Part shown: in pieces, positions 20,191 through 30,007 of the stretch
How the letters are laid out: each line of letters starts with the position of its first letter
Numbering within the stretch: the stretch's first letter is position 1
The notes under the pieces: model-generated
Seen by the model: only the letters and a program-made list of their open reading frames with translations
Told to the model about the DNA's origin: nothing
The model's database searches: none
Position numbers and translations under genes: made by a program
Assembly (NCBI GenBank): GCA_963748105.1
Contig: CAVVHP010000022.1
Span: forward strand, 4,443 to 68,442
DNA length: 64,000 bases
Direction: 5' to 3'
Source of the DNA: an uncultured Bacteroidota bacterium
GTDB taxonomy: Bacteria > Bacteroidota > Ignavibacteria > Ignavibacteriales > Ignavibacteriaceae

Positions 20191-21070
20191 CGATATAAAT
20201 GTTTTTGCCCTCTCACAGAGAATAAAACGTCCACTGATTCTAGATGGAGCTATGGGAAGCCTACTACAGCAAAAAGGTATTCCGGTAGATAGTAATCTCT
20301 GGATGTCGCTTGCAAATCAAACCCATCCGGAAATTTTACTTGAAATTCACAATGATTATATTAAAGCCGGTGCTGATATTATTACAACAAACACATTTCG
20401 TACGAACCCTGTGGCCATTAAAGAAAGTGATAATATTAATTCAGCAGAAAAACTTGTAAAACCTGCTGTAGAAATTGCCAAACAAGCCATAGGAGATTTA
20501 CCAGTTTTAATAGCCGGTTCAAACGCCCCTGCCGAAGATTGCTACAAAGTTGAAAGAGTACTTTCAAACAGGGAACTGGAATTAAATCACAAACGGCATA
20601 TCAATCTTTTATATGAAAATGGGGCACATTTTATTTTGAATGAAACGCAGAGCCATTTTGATGAGATTAAAATAATCTCAGAATATTGCGACAGAAATGA
20701 AATTCCTTACGTTATGAATATTTTCTTTAACGATGATTTAGAAATATTATCGGGTGAAATATTAAATGAAGTTCTCGCATTTTTGAAAGATTCAGATGCT
20801 CTTGCTATCGGATTTAATTGCATATTGCCTTCAACAATGGCAAGGGCTAAAAGAAGAGTAAAAATGCCTGAAAATTGGGGACTTTATCTAAATTGTGGTG
20901 ATGGATCGTTTACAGATTCCGGTATTAAGTGTGGAATATCACCTTCGGTATATGCTGAAGAAATAAGCAATTATCTTAAAAATCGTCCATCGTTTATTGG
21001 GGCCTGTTGTGGCTCTTCCACCGGACATATTAGATCAATTAAAAAATTATTAGATGAACGAAACAGTTAA
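20174..21070 (+). CDS. Homocysteine S-methyltransferase domain protein (MmuM/BHMT-like)
   Basis: 298 aa. LILDGAMGSLLQQKGIP, TTNTFRTN and GFNC are present, with C-terminal zinc-ligand cysteines ACCGSSTGHI. Confidence 0.75.
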   Translation: MLNLNSDINVFALSQRIKRPLILDGAMGSLLQQKGIPVDSNLWMSLANQTHPEILLEIHNDYIKAGADIITTNTFRTNPVAIKESDNINSAEKLVKPAVEIAKQAIGDLPVLIAGSNAPAEDCYKVERVLSNRELELNHKRHINLLYENGAHFILNETQSHFDEIKIISEYCDRNEIPYVMNIFFNDDLEILSGEILNEVLAFLKDSDALAIGFNCILPSTMARAKRRVKMPENWGLYLNCGDGSFTDSGIKCGISPSVYAEEISNYLKNRPSFIGACCGSSTGHIRSIKKLLDERNS

Positions 21071-21884
21071 AGCACCTTCAAAAATTAATTTCGGATTGAA
21101 TGTCGTAAAAAAAAGAAAAGACGGCTTTCACAATATAGAGACAATATTTTATCCTATTTCACTCAGCGATATCCTAACCTTTTCATATTCAAATGAATAT
21201 ATATTTGAAACTGATAACAACATACTGAATTCTGAAAAAGATAATTTAATAACTAAAACAAAAGAAATTCTAGAAAAGCATACCGGGAAAACAATAAATG
21301 TAAAGATTCACCTGTCCAAAAATATTCCAATAGGCGCAGGCCTTGGCGGCGGGAGCTCAGACGCTGCTACAACTCTCATTACATTAAATAAATTGTTCAA
21401 ATTCGGACTCGATTCTGTTGAGCTTAACAAATTAGCTTTGGAATTAGGGTCGGATGTTCCATTTTTTCTTAATCCATATCCTTCTTACGGAACTTCGAGA
21501 GGTGAAATTCTTGAACAGATTGATTTTAAAATTAAAGAATCAATTCTTCTGATAAATCCGGGAATATTTGTCTCAACTAAATGGGCATATGAAAAGATCA
21601 CTCCACTGAAACCTCAATTATCTTTAATTGATTATTACAGAAGAGCTAAACTTAACCTTGAAAATTACCAGGATATAATCAAAAACGATTTTGAAAAGCC
21701 AGTTATTAATGAGTTTCAGGCTATCGGGAAATTAAAAGAAGAAATTTGTGAAGCGGGAGCAGATTTTGTTTTAATGTCAGGAAGTGGATCAAGTTTATTC
21801 GGTTTGTTTGCAGATATGGAAAAAGCAAAAATTGCCAAAGTTCAATTCGAAAAAAGATTTTTCACATATTTGCAGGAGGCCTGA
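21054..21884 (+). CDS. ispE: 4-diphosphocytidyl-2-C-methyl-D-erythritol kinase (MEP pathway)
   Basis: 276 aa with KINFGLNVVKKRKDGFHNIETIF and the GHMP kinase loop IPIGAGLGGGSSDAA. Confidence 0.9.
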   Translation: MNETVKAPSKINFGLNVVKKRKDGFHNIETIFYPISLSDILTFSYSNEYIFETDNNILNSEKDNLITKTKEILEKHTGKTINVKIHLSKNIPIGAGLGGGSSDAATTLITLNKLFKFGLDSVELNKLALELGSDVPFFLNPYPSYGTSRGEILEQIDFKIKESILLINPGIFVSTKWAYEKITPLKPQLSLIDYYRRAKLNLENYQDIIKNDFEKPVINEFQAIGKLKEEICEAGADFVLMSGSGSSLFGLFADMEKAKIAKVQFEKRFFTYLQEA

Positions 21885-21926
21885 ACAGCCTTAATAATTA
21901 CCTCTAAATGATTTTAATCTAATTAT

Positions 21927-22868
21927 TTAGATCACAGCACTTTCTGTAAACTCTATAGTCCCCCTAGACGCATTTAGCCTTGCCATTATTCCAATAGGAA
22001 CAGTGATATTACTCTTTAAATGTCCGTGTTTGAAATTGTATGCCACAGGTATTTTCATATTTTGGAAATAATCACCTACAACTTCACCCAATGTCAAAGT
22101 TTTTTTCAACGGATCATGTTCATTACAGTCCTTAAATGCTCCGAGTATTACCCCTTTTACCTGCGCAAAAGTTTTACTCAGTTTAAGTTGACTTAGCATT
22201 CTGTCAACTTTATAGGGCATTTCTCCAATTTCTTCAAGTAGAAGTATCTTCTCTTTTAATGATGGCATATACGGAGTACCAATTAAGGATGAAAAAACTG
22301 AAAGATTTCCTCCAATAATTCTTCCCTTTGCTATTCCTTTATTCAGATGGAATAAATTTTCATTCGCTGGTTGTGAAACTTTTCCAATCTTTTTCTTTGA
22401 TGATAAAATTTTCCAAAACATTTTTTCTGTAAATGGATCAACTCCATTATGAAAATCCACCGAAGTCATCGGTCCTGCAAAAGTTATTAGTCCGGTTTTT
22501 TGGAAAAAGGCCATTTGTAAGGCGGTAATATCGCTGTATCCAACAAATATTTTCGGATTATTTCTGATCACTTTATAATTGATCTTATCCAATAATCTTG
22601 GGGTCCCATAACCTCCACGCAAACAAAATACTGCCTTTACTTCTTTTTTCTTAAACATAAAATGGATATCATCTATCCTTTCCTGATCAGTGCCGGCCAT
22701 ATATCCAACCGTCTTCCCAACATTTTTACCAATTATGACCTGATATCCCAGACTTTCAAGATACTTTGTTCCCTTCTCAATGGAAGACATATCTTCAGGT
22801 GCAGATGCAGGAGAAATTAGTCCGATCAGATCCCTTTTTTTTAATCTTGCCGGTTTAATAATTCGCAT
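21927..22868 (-). CDS. ldcA: LD-carboxypeptidase (peptidase S66, muramoyltetrapeptide carboxypeptidase-like)
   Basis: 313 aa with the LRGGYG and GYSDITAL (nucleophile Ser) motifs and a C-terminal FKHGH. Confidence 0.85.
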   Translation of the reverse strand: MRIIKPARLKKRDLIGLISPASAPEDMSSIEKGTKYLESLGYQVIIGKNVGKTVGYMAGTDQERIDDIHFMFKKKEVKAVFCLRGGYGTPRLLDKINYKVIRNNPKIFVGYSDITALQMAFFQKTGLITFAGPMTSVDFHNGVDPFTEKMFWKILSSKKKIGKVSQPANENLFHLNKGIAKGRIIGGNLSVFSSLIGTPYMPSLKEKILLLEEIGEMPYKVDRMLSQLKLSKTFAQVKGVILGAFKDCNEHDPLKKTLTLGEVVGDYFQNMKIPVAYNFKHGHLKSNITVPIGIMARLNASRGTIEFTESAVI

Positions 22869-22986
22869 ATTTTAAAAATTATTTTAATGAAGAATTGAAG
22901 GCTTGTTGAATTTAAGGAATGGATTTTTGCCAAACAAATTTATCCTGGTTTAATCACTAAATTCATATCATCTATTCTAAAAATAT

Positions 22987-23247
22987 TTATTCAGCAGATT
23001 TGTAATTCTGCAGATTTTTAAGAAAATTTATAAGAAAAACAAAGAAAAACCCTAAAAATGAAAGCTGCAGATCAGTAATATCTACATTAAAGCTATTTGT
23101 TGTTCCAATAAAAGTCACAAAATACTTAGAAATTATAATAATCAGGAAAAAAGACGCAAATCCATACAAACCAGATGCAGCTGGTTTTAGTATAAATTGA
23201 AACATAATTGCGGAAAGATTTATTTGAGTTAATTTTGTGGAACTCAT
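22987..23247 (-). CDS. Hypothetical small membrane protein
   Basis: 86-aa ORF with 2-3 hydrophobic segments and no recognisable family. It is retained only because it lies in an otherwise ORF-free gap on the same strand as its neighbours. Confidence 0.35.
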   Translation of the reverse strand: MSSTKLTQINLSAIMFQFILKPAASGLYGFASFFLIIIISKYFVTFIGTTNSFNVDITDLQLSFLGFFFVFLINFLKNLQNYKSAE

Positions 23248-23302
23248 TATTGCCTTACTGAATTTTTGCAGCTTATGTTATTTAGTAAAAATAGAATATC
23301 AA

Positions 23303-23330
23303 ATGATGGCGATTCCCCGTTCGCCACCAT
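23303..23330 (-). terminator. GC-rich hairpin downstream of the histidine kinase gene (possible terminator)
   Basis: ATGATGGCGA-ttccccgt-TCGCCACCAT forms a 10-bp stem with 1 mismatch. It is the only GC-rich element in an AT-rich spacer, about 160 nt past the kinase stop. A moderately T-rich tract follows on the minus strand. Confidence 0.4.
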
Positions 23331-23489
23331 AACAAATTTTAAGACAAAAACTACTACAAAGACATCAATTTTTGCCTTTTTCGTAGTTTTTTATCTCAGG
23401 GCTTACAATATATTACTAAGTCACTATTAATTGCAATAAGGTTTGAGCGAATGGTATGTAATAATTATCTAACGGTATAGTTCATTGAG

Positions 23490-26477
23490 TTAACGGTCTG
23501 AAAATTCTTCAACTGTCTCAAATGAATACATATCGGAATGCAATATTATTTGTACACTTGTACCTTTAGAAATGGAATTTTCATCGTAGGACGAATCAAT
23601 CTGTACTAAATCTGTTCGATTTTTATCTTTATTGAGAAGATTTAGCCTTTCTTTTATAATAGATATACCTTTGGAAACATGTGCACTTTTCTTAATATTT
23701 TGGGATTCAAAATAGCCTATTCCATCATCTACAATTTCTATTATAAGGTCTTTTTTCTGCCCATATTTTATCGCAACATTCAATTGCCCAATCTTATTAT
23801 TTGGCAATATTCCATGCCAGATACCATTTTCTACAAAAGGTTGAATAACCATATTGGGAATCATAATTTCAGAGGCATTAACAGCTTCATCAATATTAAT
23901 TGAATAGTTAAAACCATCACCGAATCTCATCTTCTCCAGGTTAAGGTATAATGTTAACCTATCCAGTTCTTCTTTTAAGTTTACAAAACTGTTTTGAGCT
24001 AAATCCAGATTCAAGCGAATAAGTTTCGAAAAATTAGACAGATATAGATTGGCCTCTTTTTTACTATGATTATTAATGAAATTTTGAATTGAGTTTAATG
24101 AATTGAATATAAAATGAGGATTCATCATTGCTGACATAGCCTGATGTTTAAGCTCAATTATTCTTTTCTCAATATCTCTTTTTTCTAATATTTTTTGCTG
24201 TCTTTTTTCAATTATTTCCCTGGTTATAAATGATGCTGGTATAAAAAGTGCTATCATAACCAATGTATAGAACCAATAGCTTTTTAGAAATGGTGTATTA
24301 ATATGCAAACTAATTTGAGCAGGTTTACTCCAGACACCATTTAAATCTCTGGCCCTAATGTATATTGTATTATTTCCGGGATAAAGAGATGCGAATTGAA
24401 TTTCTGTCTGATCAGTTATTTCCCAATCGGAATTATCATTTCCATTTTTATATTCAAATACGAGGTTACCAGGATTACGAAAATTTATTGCGGAAAATTT
24501 AATCGTAATTTTTTTCTGATCGAAATCAGGTAATTCCAGACTGGGACTAACATTATAAGTTGTATCAGAAGTCCGTACTTCCTCGATATACACATTAGGA
24601 ATAATGGTTTTAATTCTATTAAATAATTTTAGATCAATTTTTGAGAGCCCATCAACTGTGCCTACCCACAAGTCATTTTTAAGACTATCATAAAGTATAG
24701 CATTAATTTCAAAAGAGTCCAGCCCCATTATTCCTGAATAATATGAGATAGAATCATTTTTAATTTTAAAAAGACCTTTTGAATTTCCTATCCAGACATT
24801 GTTATTATTATCAAATGCTATTGAAGTACTGGTATTTAAGTTAATGTTTCGATATTGAGTAATATTTTCCCATTTATTATCAGCTAAACGTGCCACGCCT
24901 AAATCACCTGCCACCCAGACATTACCATTACCATTTATTTTTACATCATTAATATTTGCATTTAGTAACGGATTATCTTTGTAATAGAATTGTTTTTCAC
25001 CATTTATTTTACACAGGCCACCAGTAGTTGCTAACCATATTGTCCCTTTTTTATCCAAAGTAATTTTATTAATTCGAACTTTCTGTGAAATGTTTGGAAA
25101 TACTTTTATTTCTTTAATAAGGTTGTTGTCGTAATCTAAAAGATTTATAATATATAATTTGTTATCCCACCCTCCAAAATAAACATAGTTATCATCTATT
25201 GGATAACATGATGAAGACGGGAATATACGATATGGAATATTATGAATATTTTTTAAAACATATTTTTCATCAAAGTTATTTTTTATTTCAACAACTATAG
25301 CCACATAAATTTTATTATTTGTTGATTTTTCTATATCGCGTATATAGTGGTAAGCTCCGGCAAATCCAGTTGGGATTTCGCTAATTTGATTATTATCAAT
25401 GATATTTAGTCCATTAAACGTCCCTATAAGAATTCTTCCTGCTGGATCTTCACCAAGTGATAAAACATAATCATTGCTTAAATTATCTTTGGAAGAATAA
25501 TTTGTAACTGATAAGTTAAAGAAACAAAATAATCCTTTCCCGAATGTTCCAACCCATATATTTCCATCTTTGTCTTTTTTAATGAAATTAACCTGAGTAT
25601 TTTGAAGCTTCAGATATGTCCCTATATTAATTATCTTATTGTCTTTAATTAAATATAAATTTCCGTTAGCCAGAGAAAGCCACACATTATTATATGTATC
25701 AACAAGCAAGTTTTGTATTGGATATTTACGAGGGATTTTAATATCCTTAAATACTTGCCTATAATTTCCGTTACGTTTTATCCATATTTCGCCATAACCA
25801 CCGAACCATACATCCCCATTTTCAGCTTGACAGACACTTGTTATTATTTTTTTAGCTGGTAAGGACTCATTGTATAATTCCCCAGAATTAGTGACTCTAA
25901 TAATGCCTTGAAAAGAAGCAAATAATAAATCTCCATTTTTTAATTTTGTAGCATCAGTAATTTGAAAACCTTGGTTAACCCTTTTTATAGATCTATATTT
26001 ATTAGTTATTCTGTTCGTGATTTTATTCTGATATATTTCTGTTAAATAGTCGGCATAAATAAACAAGTGGTTATTGTCCACTATGAGGTGATGAATAAGG
26101 GGGGTATTGGAATTAGTAATTTTATATTTACTAAATTTCCCATTATAAAATACATTGATTCCCTTATCATAAGTCGTGATTATAAGTGAATCACCGCTAT
26201 TACAATCAACACCGGTCAGATTATTTGATACTAACCCTTCTGAAGTTGTGAAATTATTAAAATCATTGCCATCAAATCTGCTAAGCCCAGATGAAGTTGC
26301 AAACCAGATATAGCCCTTTTTATCCTGATGAAATGCAAAAACATTTGAGCCTACCAAACCCTGGCTCGTTGTATAATGTCTGAAAGGCATAGTACCAAAA
26401 GGTTTTTTCACCTGTGGGTATTTTTGTGAAGGTAAAATAATAAGGATACTCAAAGCCAAATAAAAAGCTCTAATCAT
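23490..26477 (-). CDS. Sensor histidine kinase: signal peptide, two-component-regulator beta-propeller repeats, Y_Y_Y domain, TM, LytS/YehU-type His_kinase + HATPase
   Basis: 995 aa. It carries repeated propeller motifs (IWFATSSGLSRFDG, NVWIGNSKGLFKI, LWVGTVDGLSKID) and one TM (YWFYTLVMIALFIPASFI). The LytS-type kinase core has MNPHFIFNSLNSIQ plus an ATPase N/G box (VENGIWHG...DDGIG). Confidence 0.88.
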   Translation of the reverse strand: MIRAFYLALSILIILPSQKYPQVKKPFGTMPFRHYTTSQGLVGSNVFAFHQDKKGYIWFATSSGLSRFDGNDFNNFTTSEGLVSNNLTGVDCNSGDSLIITTYDKGINVFYNGKFSKYKITNSNTPLIHHLIVDNNHLFIYADYLTEIYQNKITNRITNKYRSIKRVNQGFQITDATKLKNGDLLFASFQGIIRVTNSGELYNESLPAKKIITSVCQAENGDVWFGGYGEIWIKRNGNYRQVFKDIKIPRKYPIQNLLVDTYNNVWLSLANGNLYLIKDNKIINIGTYLKLQNTQVNFIKKDKDGNIWVGTFGKGLFCFFNLSVTNYSSKDNLSNDYVLSLGEDPAGRILIGTFNGLNIIDNNQISEIPTGFAGAYHYIRDIEKSTNNKIYVAIVVEIKNNFDEKYVLKNIHNIPYRIFPSSSCYPIDDNYVYFGGWDNKLYIINLLDYDNNLIKEIKVFPNISQKVRINKITLDKKGTIWLATTGGLCKINGEKQFYYKDNPLLNANINDVKINGNGNVWVAGDLGVARLADNKWENITQYRNINLNTSTSIAFDNNNNVWIGNSKGLFKIKNDSISYYSGIMGLDSFEINAILYDSLKNDLWVGTVDGLSKIDLKLFNRIKTIIPNVYIEEVRTSDTTYNVSPSLELPDFDQKKITIKFSAINFRNPGNLVFEYKNGNDNSDWEITDQTEIQFASLYPGNNTIYIRARDLNGVWSKPAQISLHINTPFLKSYWFYTLVMIALFIPASFITREIIEKRQQKILEKRDIEKRIIELKHQAMSAMMNPHFIFNSLNSIQNFINNHSKKEANLYLSNFSKLIRLNLDLAQNSFVNLKEELDRLTLYLNLEKMRFGDGFNYSINIDEAVNASEIMIPNMVIQPFVENGIWHGILPNNKIGQLNVAIKYGQKKDLIIEIVDDGIGYFESQNIKKSAHVSKGISIIKERLNLLNKDKNRTDLVQIDSSYDENSISKGTSVQIILHSDMYSFETVEEFSDR

Positions 26478-26490
26478 ATAGGTAGGATGC

Positions 26491-27243
26491 TTATTTTATG
26501 AAAAGTGTATTCTCGCGTAATTTGTCTATAAATTCCTGATGTCTTCTTCTGGAAATCATAATTTTAGAATTATCTGACATAATTGCATATCCGCTATCTT
26601 CATTCGAGTATTCTTTCAGGAAATTTAGGTTTATAATATGTGATTTGTGTATCCTGTAGAAATAAGGTTCCCGCAATATTTCATGAAGTTCTTTCAAAGT
26701 CTTTGAGGTGATAATATAAGGTTCATCCTTAATAAAGATTTTTGTATAGTTACTATCACCTTCCAGTCTGATAATATCATTTAAAGTGATAATGGAAAAT
26801 CCCTGAGAATGATTTATTATTATTTTCCCAATTTTTTGTGGGACAGATTTTCCAGCTTTTCTTTCATTTCTTCTTTCTAAAGTATTTAGTAATAATTTTT
26901 TAGATGTATTCTGAAGTTCCTCTATATCAATTGGTTTTAATAAATAGTCCACTGCTTCAGCTTTAACAGCCTGAATTCCATATTCATTGTGTGCAGTAGC
27001 AAATACAACACTAAATTGCTTATCTGGAATGGAATTAAGGAAATCAAAACCATCTTCATTTGGCATGTTTATATCAAGAAAAATTACTTCCGGGTCCAGT
27101 TCATAAACCAGTATTCTGGCAGCTTTAGCAGAAGCAGCAGATCCAATAACTTTTAGTTCAGGACAATATTCATCTACAAGTGTACAAAGGTTTTCTCTGC
27201 TGAATCTTTCGTCATCCACAATTATTGTTTTTAATTGCTGCAT
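26491..27243 (-). CDS. LytR/AlgR-family response regulator (REC + LytTR DNA-binding domain)
   Basis: 250 aa. The receiver domain has VIFLDINMP (phospho-acceptor Asp). The C-terminal LytTR domain has YFYRIHKSHIINLNFLKEY. Confidence 0.9.
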   Translation of the reverse strand: MQQLKTIIVDDERFSRENLCTLVDEYCPELKVIGSAASAKAARILVYELDPEVIFLDINMPNEDGFDFLNSIPDKQFSVVFATAHNEYGIQAVKAEAVDYLLKPIDIEELQNTSKKLLLNTLERRNERKAGKSVPQKIGKIIINHSQGFSIITLNDIIRLEGDSNYTKIFIKDEPYIITSKTLKELHEILREPYFYRIHKSHIINLNFLKEYSNEDSGYAIMSDNSKIMISRRRHQEFIDKLRENTLFIK

Positions 27244-27264
27244 ATATGTTGCTCAATAGTAAGA

Positions 27265-27618
27265 CTAATTATTTTTACTTGCCGTGTATTTAATTATTTC
27301 TGCTTTTTCAATAGTAATTAATCCACCACAATCTGCTTGTTCAAAAATATTATTAAGTATGGCAATAAAATCTTCAATTTTATTTATCTCATCAACAATT
27401 TCGATAATTAAAGGCATATCCTCTGAAAGTCTTAATATTTTATTTGTATGAATAAGACTTCTACCCCCGTACCCCATAATCCCCTTGAAAACAGTTGCCC
27501 CGGCGAGCCCCGCTTTCCTAGCTTCTAATACAATTTTTTCAAAAACAGGTATCTGTTTTAACTGATCACTTTCTCCGACAAATATTCTTAATAATTTTGC
27601 CTCTCCTTTTATTTGCAT
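27265..27618 (-). CDS. DUF190 (PII-like) protein, commonly co-encoded with CrcB
   Basis: 117 aa. LLRIFVGESD...GATVFKGIMGYG... is characteristic of DUF190. It is directly downstream of crcB. Confidence 0.8.
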   Translation of the reverse strand: MQIKGEAKLLRIFVGESDQLKQIPVFEKIVLEARKAGLAGATVFKGIMGYGGRSLIHTNKILRLSEDMPLIIEIVDEINKIEDFIAILNNIFEQADCGGLITIEKAEIIKYTASKNN

Positions 27619-27627
27619 AACAGCCTC

Positions 27628-27999
27628 TTAAATTCTTGAGATTAAGTATGCCAGGTAAAGACCTGCAAAACTTAGTATAAGGCTTAGAAAAATATTCAAT
27701 AAGCCTGCACTAAATTGTGAGTCTCTAAATAAAACCATAGTTTCATAGGAAAATGAAGAAAAAGTTGTAAATCCCCCGCAAAAACCAACGGTGAGAAAGA
27801 TTTTTACATTTGAACTTAATAATTCCTTTTGATCAAAATGGAACATTAAAAGGCCGAGAATAAAACTTCCGATTACATTGACTAACATTGTTCCATATGG
27901 AAAAGTAGCCGGCAAATATTTATAAACAATATTTTCGATCCAATATCTTAATCCACCTCCAAGTGCTGCACCTAATGAAACTATTAAATAATTCATCAA
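27628..27999 (-). CDS. crcB: Fluoride ion channel CrcB/FluC
   Basis: 123 aa with 4 TM helices. GGGLRYW, GTMLVNVIGSFILG and GFCGGFTTFSSF motifs are present. Confidence 0.9.
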   Translation of the reverse strand: MMNYLIVSLGAALGGGLRYWIENIVYKYLPATFPYGTMLVNVIGSFILGLLMFHFDQKELLSSNVKIFLTVGFCGGFTTFSSFSYETMVLFRDSQFSAGLLNIFLSLILSFAGLYLAYLISRI

Positions 28000-28017
28000 T
28001 CTATTCTTCCAATTCCC

Positions 28018-29313
28018 CTATGTTAAAGAATTTATCCACTTGCATATTAAATTTATAGCTGTTAATGTTCCCCCGCAATATTTTTCTAGAAATTTTTCAT
28101 TAATTTCATTGCCCGGTAATAATTTCTCAGCTGCATGTAATGCCTTTTCTCCATCAAAATTTACGTACGCAATCCTGGCTGTCAGATCTTCTTCCAGGCA
28201 ACCGAAGACACTTCCCGGCAAAATAGCTACTCCGGTTTCTTCAAGTAGGGCGTCACAGAGTTCAACGTCAGTGTAAATATTTCTTTTATTAAGCTTTTCT
28301 CTGTGCTGACTAAAATTCGGGAATACATAAAACGCACCCTGAGGGAATGGGGTCTGAATATCTGCATTGTTAAGGGTCTTCGCCAACTCATATCCCAGTT
28401 TGCTTAATATTAGTCGGCATTTTATAAGATAGTCTTCTATTTCTTCACATCCTTTAAATGCTTTTACTGCAGCATATTGTATGGGTGCACTTGTTGCTGT
28501 AAATGTTTCACTGGCAACAGCAGCCATTGCATCCTGAAGCCATTTTAAAGAATTAGGAAATGTAAAGGTACCTAATCTCCATCCACCAGCACCGCACCAT
28601 TTGCTAAGTCCGCTACTAATAATTGTACCTTCAGAATAATATTGTGCAATTGAATTATGTTTGCCATTGTGATGAAGCTCTCCATAAATCTCATCCGAAA
28701 GTAATATAATTTTAAATTGCTTAGCGGCTCTTGCTATTGCTTTCAATTCAGTTTTAGAGTAAGTAATGCCGGTAGGATTAGCAGGATAATTTAGAATTAC
28801 AATGCGTGGCTTATTAGGGTCTTTTATGCAATGTTGAATTATTTCATCTGCAGTTATTTTATAATTATTCTCAGGTTTTGTTCGTATCCATCTTACGTGC
28901 CTACCAATAATCAAAGCCTGTGGTGCATAAGATACCCAGCTTGGAACAGGAATGAGAAGATCTCCATAATATACGAACTGCAACAAGAACATTAATTCTT
29001 TTGAGCCTGGCCCAATCAGTACATCTTCAGCGGTATGACAAACACCGTGTATTCTGCAGTGATATTCAGCAACAGATTTCCTTAATTCATATAGGCCTTT
29101 TACAGGTAAATAATCTTTTTGAAATGCATTCCTTTTTAATTCATCAACAACTGGTTTAGGAACGGGAAACGGAGATTGCCCCAGTCCCAATTTATAAACT
29201 TTTCTTCCCTGTCTGATTAATTCACTGCTTTTTTCATTAATTGCAAGAGTAGCAGATAATGGAATTCCCCTTACATTAAGGTTTAAGTTTATATCAGGTT
29301 TATTGTACTTCAT
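28018..29313 (-). CDS. Class I/II PLP-dependent aminotransferase (aspartate-aminotransferase-like)
   Basis: 431 aa with the ILNYPANPTG motif and the PLP-lysine region SGLSKWCGAGGWRLG. Confidence 0.85.
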   Translation of the reverse strand: MKYNKPDINLNLNVRGIPLSATLAINEKSSELIRQGRKVYKLGLGQSPFPVPKPVVDELKRNAFQKDYLPVKGLYELRKSVAEYHCRIHGVCHTAEDVLIGPGSKELMFLLQFVYYGDLLIPVPSWVSYAPQALIIGRHVRWIRTKPENNYKITADEIIQHCIKDPNKPRIVILNYPANPTGITYSKTELKAIARAAKQFKIILLSDEIYGELHHNGKHNSIAQYYSEGTIISSGLSKWCGAGGWRLGTFTFPNSLKWLQDAMAAVASETFTATSAPIQYAAVKAFKGCEEIEDYLIKCRLILSKLGYELAKTLNNADIQTPFPQGAFYVFPNFSQHREKLNKRNIYTDVELCDALLEETGVAILPGSVFGCLEEDLTARIAYVNFDGEKALHAAEKLLPGNEINEKFLEKYCGGTLTAINLICKWINSLT

Positions 29314-29410
29314 TTCCGGATCATTAATTATTCATTAACCTATCTAATATAAGAATTTATATTATCACTGTTAAAATGAAACAAAAAGAATAATTTATAA
29401 GTTTCTTTAA

Positions 29411-29441
29411 AAAGAAAAAGCCCCGATATTACTATCGGGGC
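29411..29441 (-). terminator. Intrinsic terminator after the 4-tRNA cluster
   Basis: Hairpin GCCCCGATA-ttac-TATCGGGGC (29420-29441), followed on the minus strand by TTTTTCTTT. Confidence 0.85.
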
Positions 29442-29446
29442 TGTAG

Positions 29447-29518
29447 TGACCCCAAGGGGATTTGAACCCCTGTTACCGCCGTGAAAGGGCGAGGTCCTAA
29501 CCACTAGACGATGGGGCC
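29447..29518 (-). tRNA. tRNA-Glu (anticodon TTC)
   Basis: The minus-strand sequence GGCCCCATCGTCTAGTGGTTAGGACCTCGCCCTTTCACGGCGGTAACAGGGGTTCAAATCCCCTTGGGGTCA folds as a cloverleaf. The anticodon loop is CTTTCAC. CCA is not encoded. Confidence 0.93.
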
Positions 29519-29532
29519 AACTAAAATTTATG

Positions 29533-29607
29533 GGTGAGCGATGGGATTTGAACCCACGACCCCCAGGGCCACAACCTGGTGCTCTAACCAACTGAGCTAC
29601 GCTCACC
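29533..29607 (-). tRNA. tRNA-His (anticodon GTG)
   Basis: Minus-strand GGTGAGCGTAGCTCAGTTGGTTAGAGCACCAGGTTGTGGCCCTGGGGGTCGTGGGTTCAAATCCCATCGCTCACC. An extra G-1 pairs with C73, as is typical of tRNA-His. The anticodon loop is TTGTGGC. Confidence 0.9.
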
Positions 29608-29627
29608 ATAAAACCTTTAATTAGTAG

Positions 29628-29701
29628 TACGCCCAAGTGGACTCGAACCACTAACCTACAGCTTAGAAGGCTGTTGCTCTATCCAATTGAGCTATGGGCG
29701 C
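29628..29701 (-). tRNA. tRNA-Arg (anticodon TCT)
   Basis: Minus-strand GCGCCCATAGCTCAATTGGATAGAGCAACAGCCTTCTAAGCTGTAGGTTAGTGGTTCGAGTCCACTTGGGCGTA. The anticodon loop is CTTCTAA. Confidence 0.9.
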
Positions 29702-29736
29702 AGCTAGTATTAGAATCATTAAAAAAAGAACTAATG

Positions 29737-29811
29737 TCGGGGCGGCAGGATTCGAACCTGCGACCTCCTGCTCCCAAAGCAGGCGCGATAACCGGGCTAC
29801 GCTACGCCCCG
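29737..29811 (-). tRNA. tRNA-Pro (anticodon TGG)
   Basis: Minus-strand CGGGGCGTAGCGTAGCCCGGTTATCGCGCCTGCTTTGGGAGCAGGAGGTCGCAGGTTCGAATCCTGCCGCCCCGA. The anticodon loop is TTTGGGA. Confidence 0.92.
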
Positions 29812-30007
29812 TTTTCTATTATAAATTCAAATATTTTGATTTTTAAAATAGATAACAAATATAGATCAAAGCCCGTAAAAAAACAATCTTTTTGCCGTAA
29901 ATATTCTAAAAACAGGATAAGAATATATTTTTTAGCTATGATTTTTTCTTGCGAAAATCATCATTAAATTGTTGTCTCAATAATGCTTGTTTAATAAATC
30001 TGAATAA

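Noticed and set aside
23490-26477. Internal repetitiveness of the histidine kinase gene (recurring ..W(I/V)GT..GL..(I/F).. segments).
   Set aside because: It is explained by the tandem two-component-regulator beta-propeller repeats of the sensor domain. It is not a DNA-level repeat element.
27990-29420. I looked for a fluoride (crcB-motif) riboswitch upstream of crcB and of the aminotransferase.
   Set aside because: The gap before crcB is only 18 nt. The leader upstream of the aminotransferase is AT-rich, with no conserved GC-rich pseudoknot-like element. A covariance-model scan would be needed to exclude it formally.
29340-29967. Track ORFs 29340..29651 (-) and 29674..29967 (+).
   Set aside because: They overlap the four tRNA genes (Glu, His, Arg, Pro). 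The GC-rich tRNA sequence keeps the frames open by chance, so they are not protein-coding.
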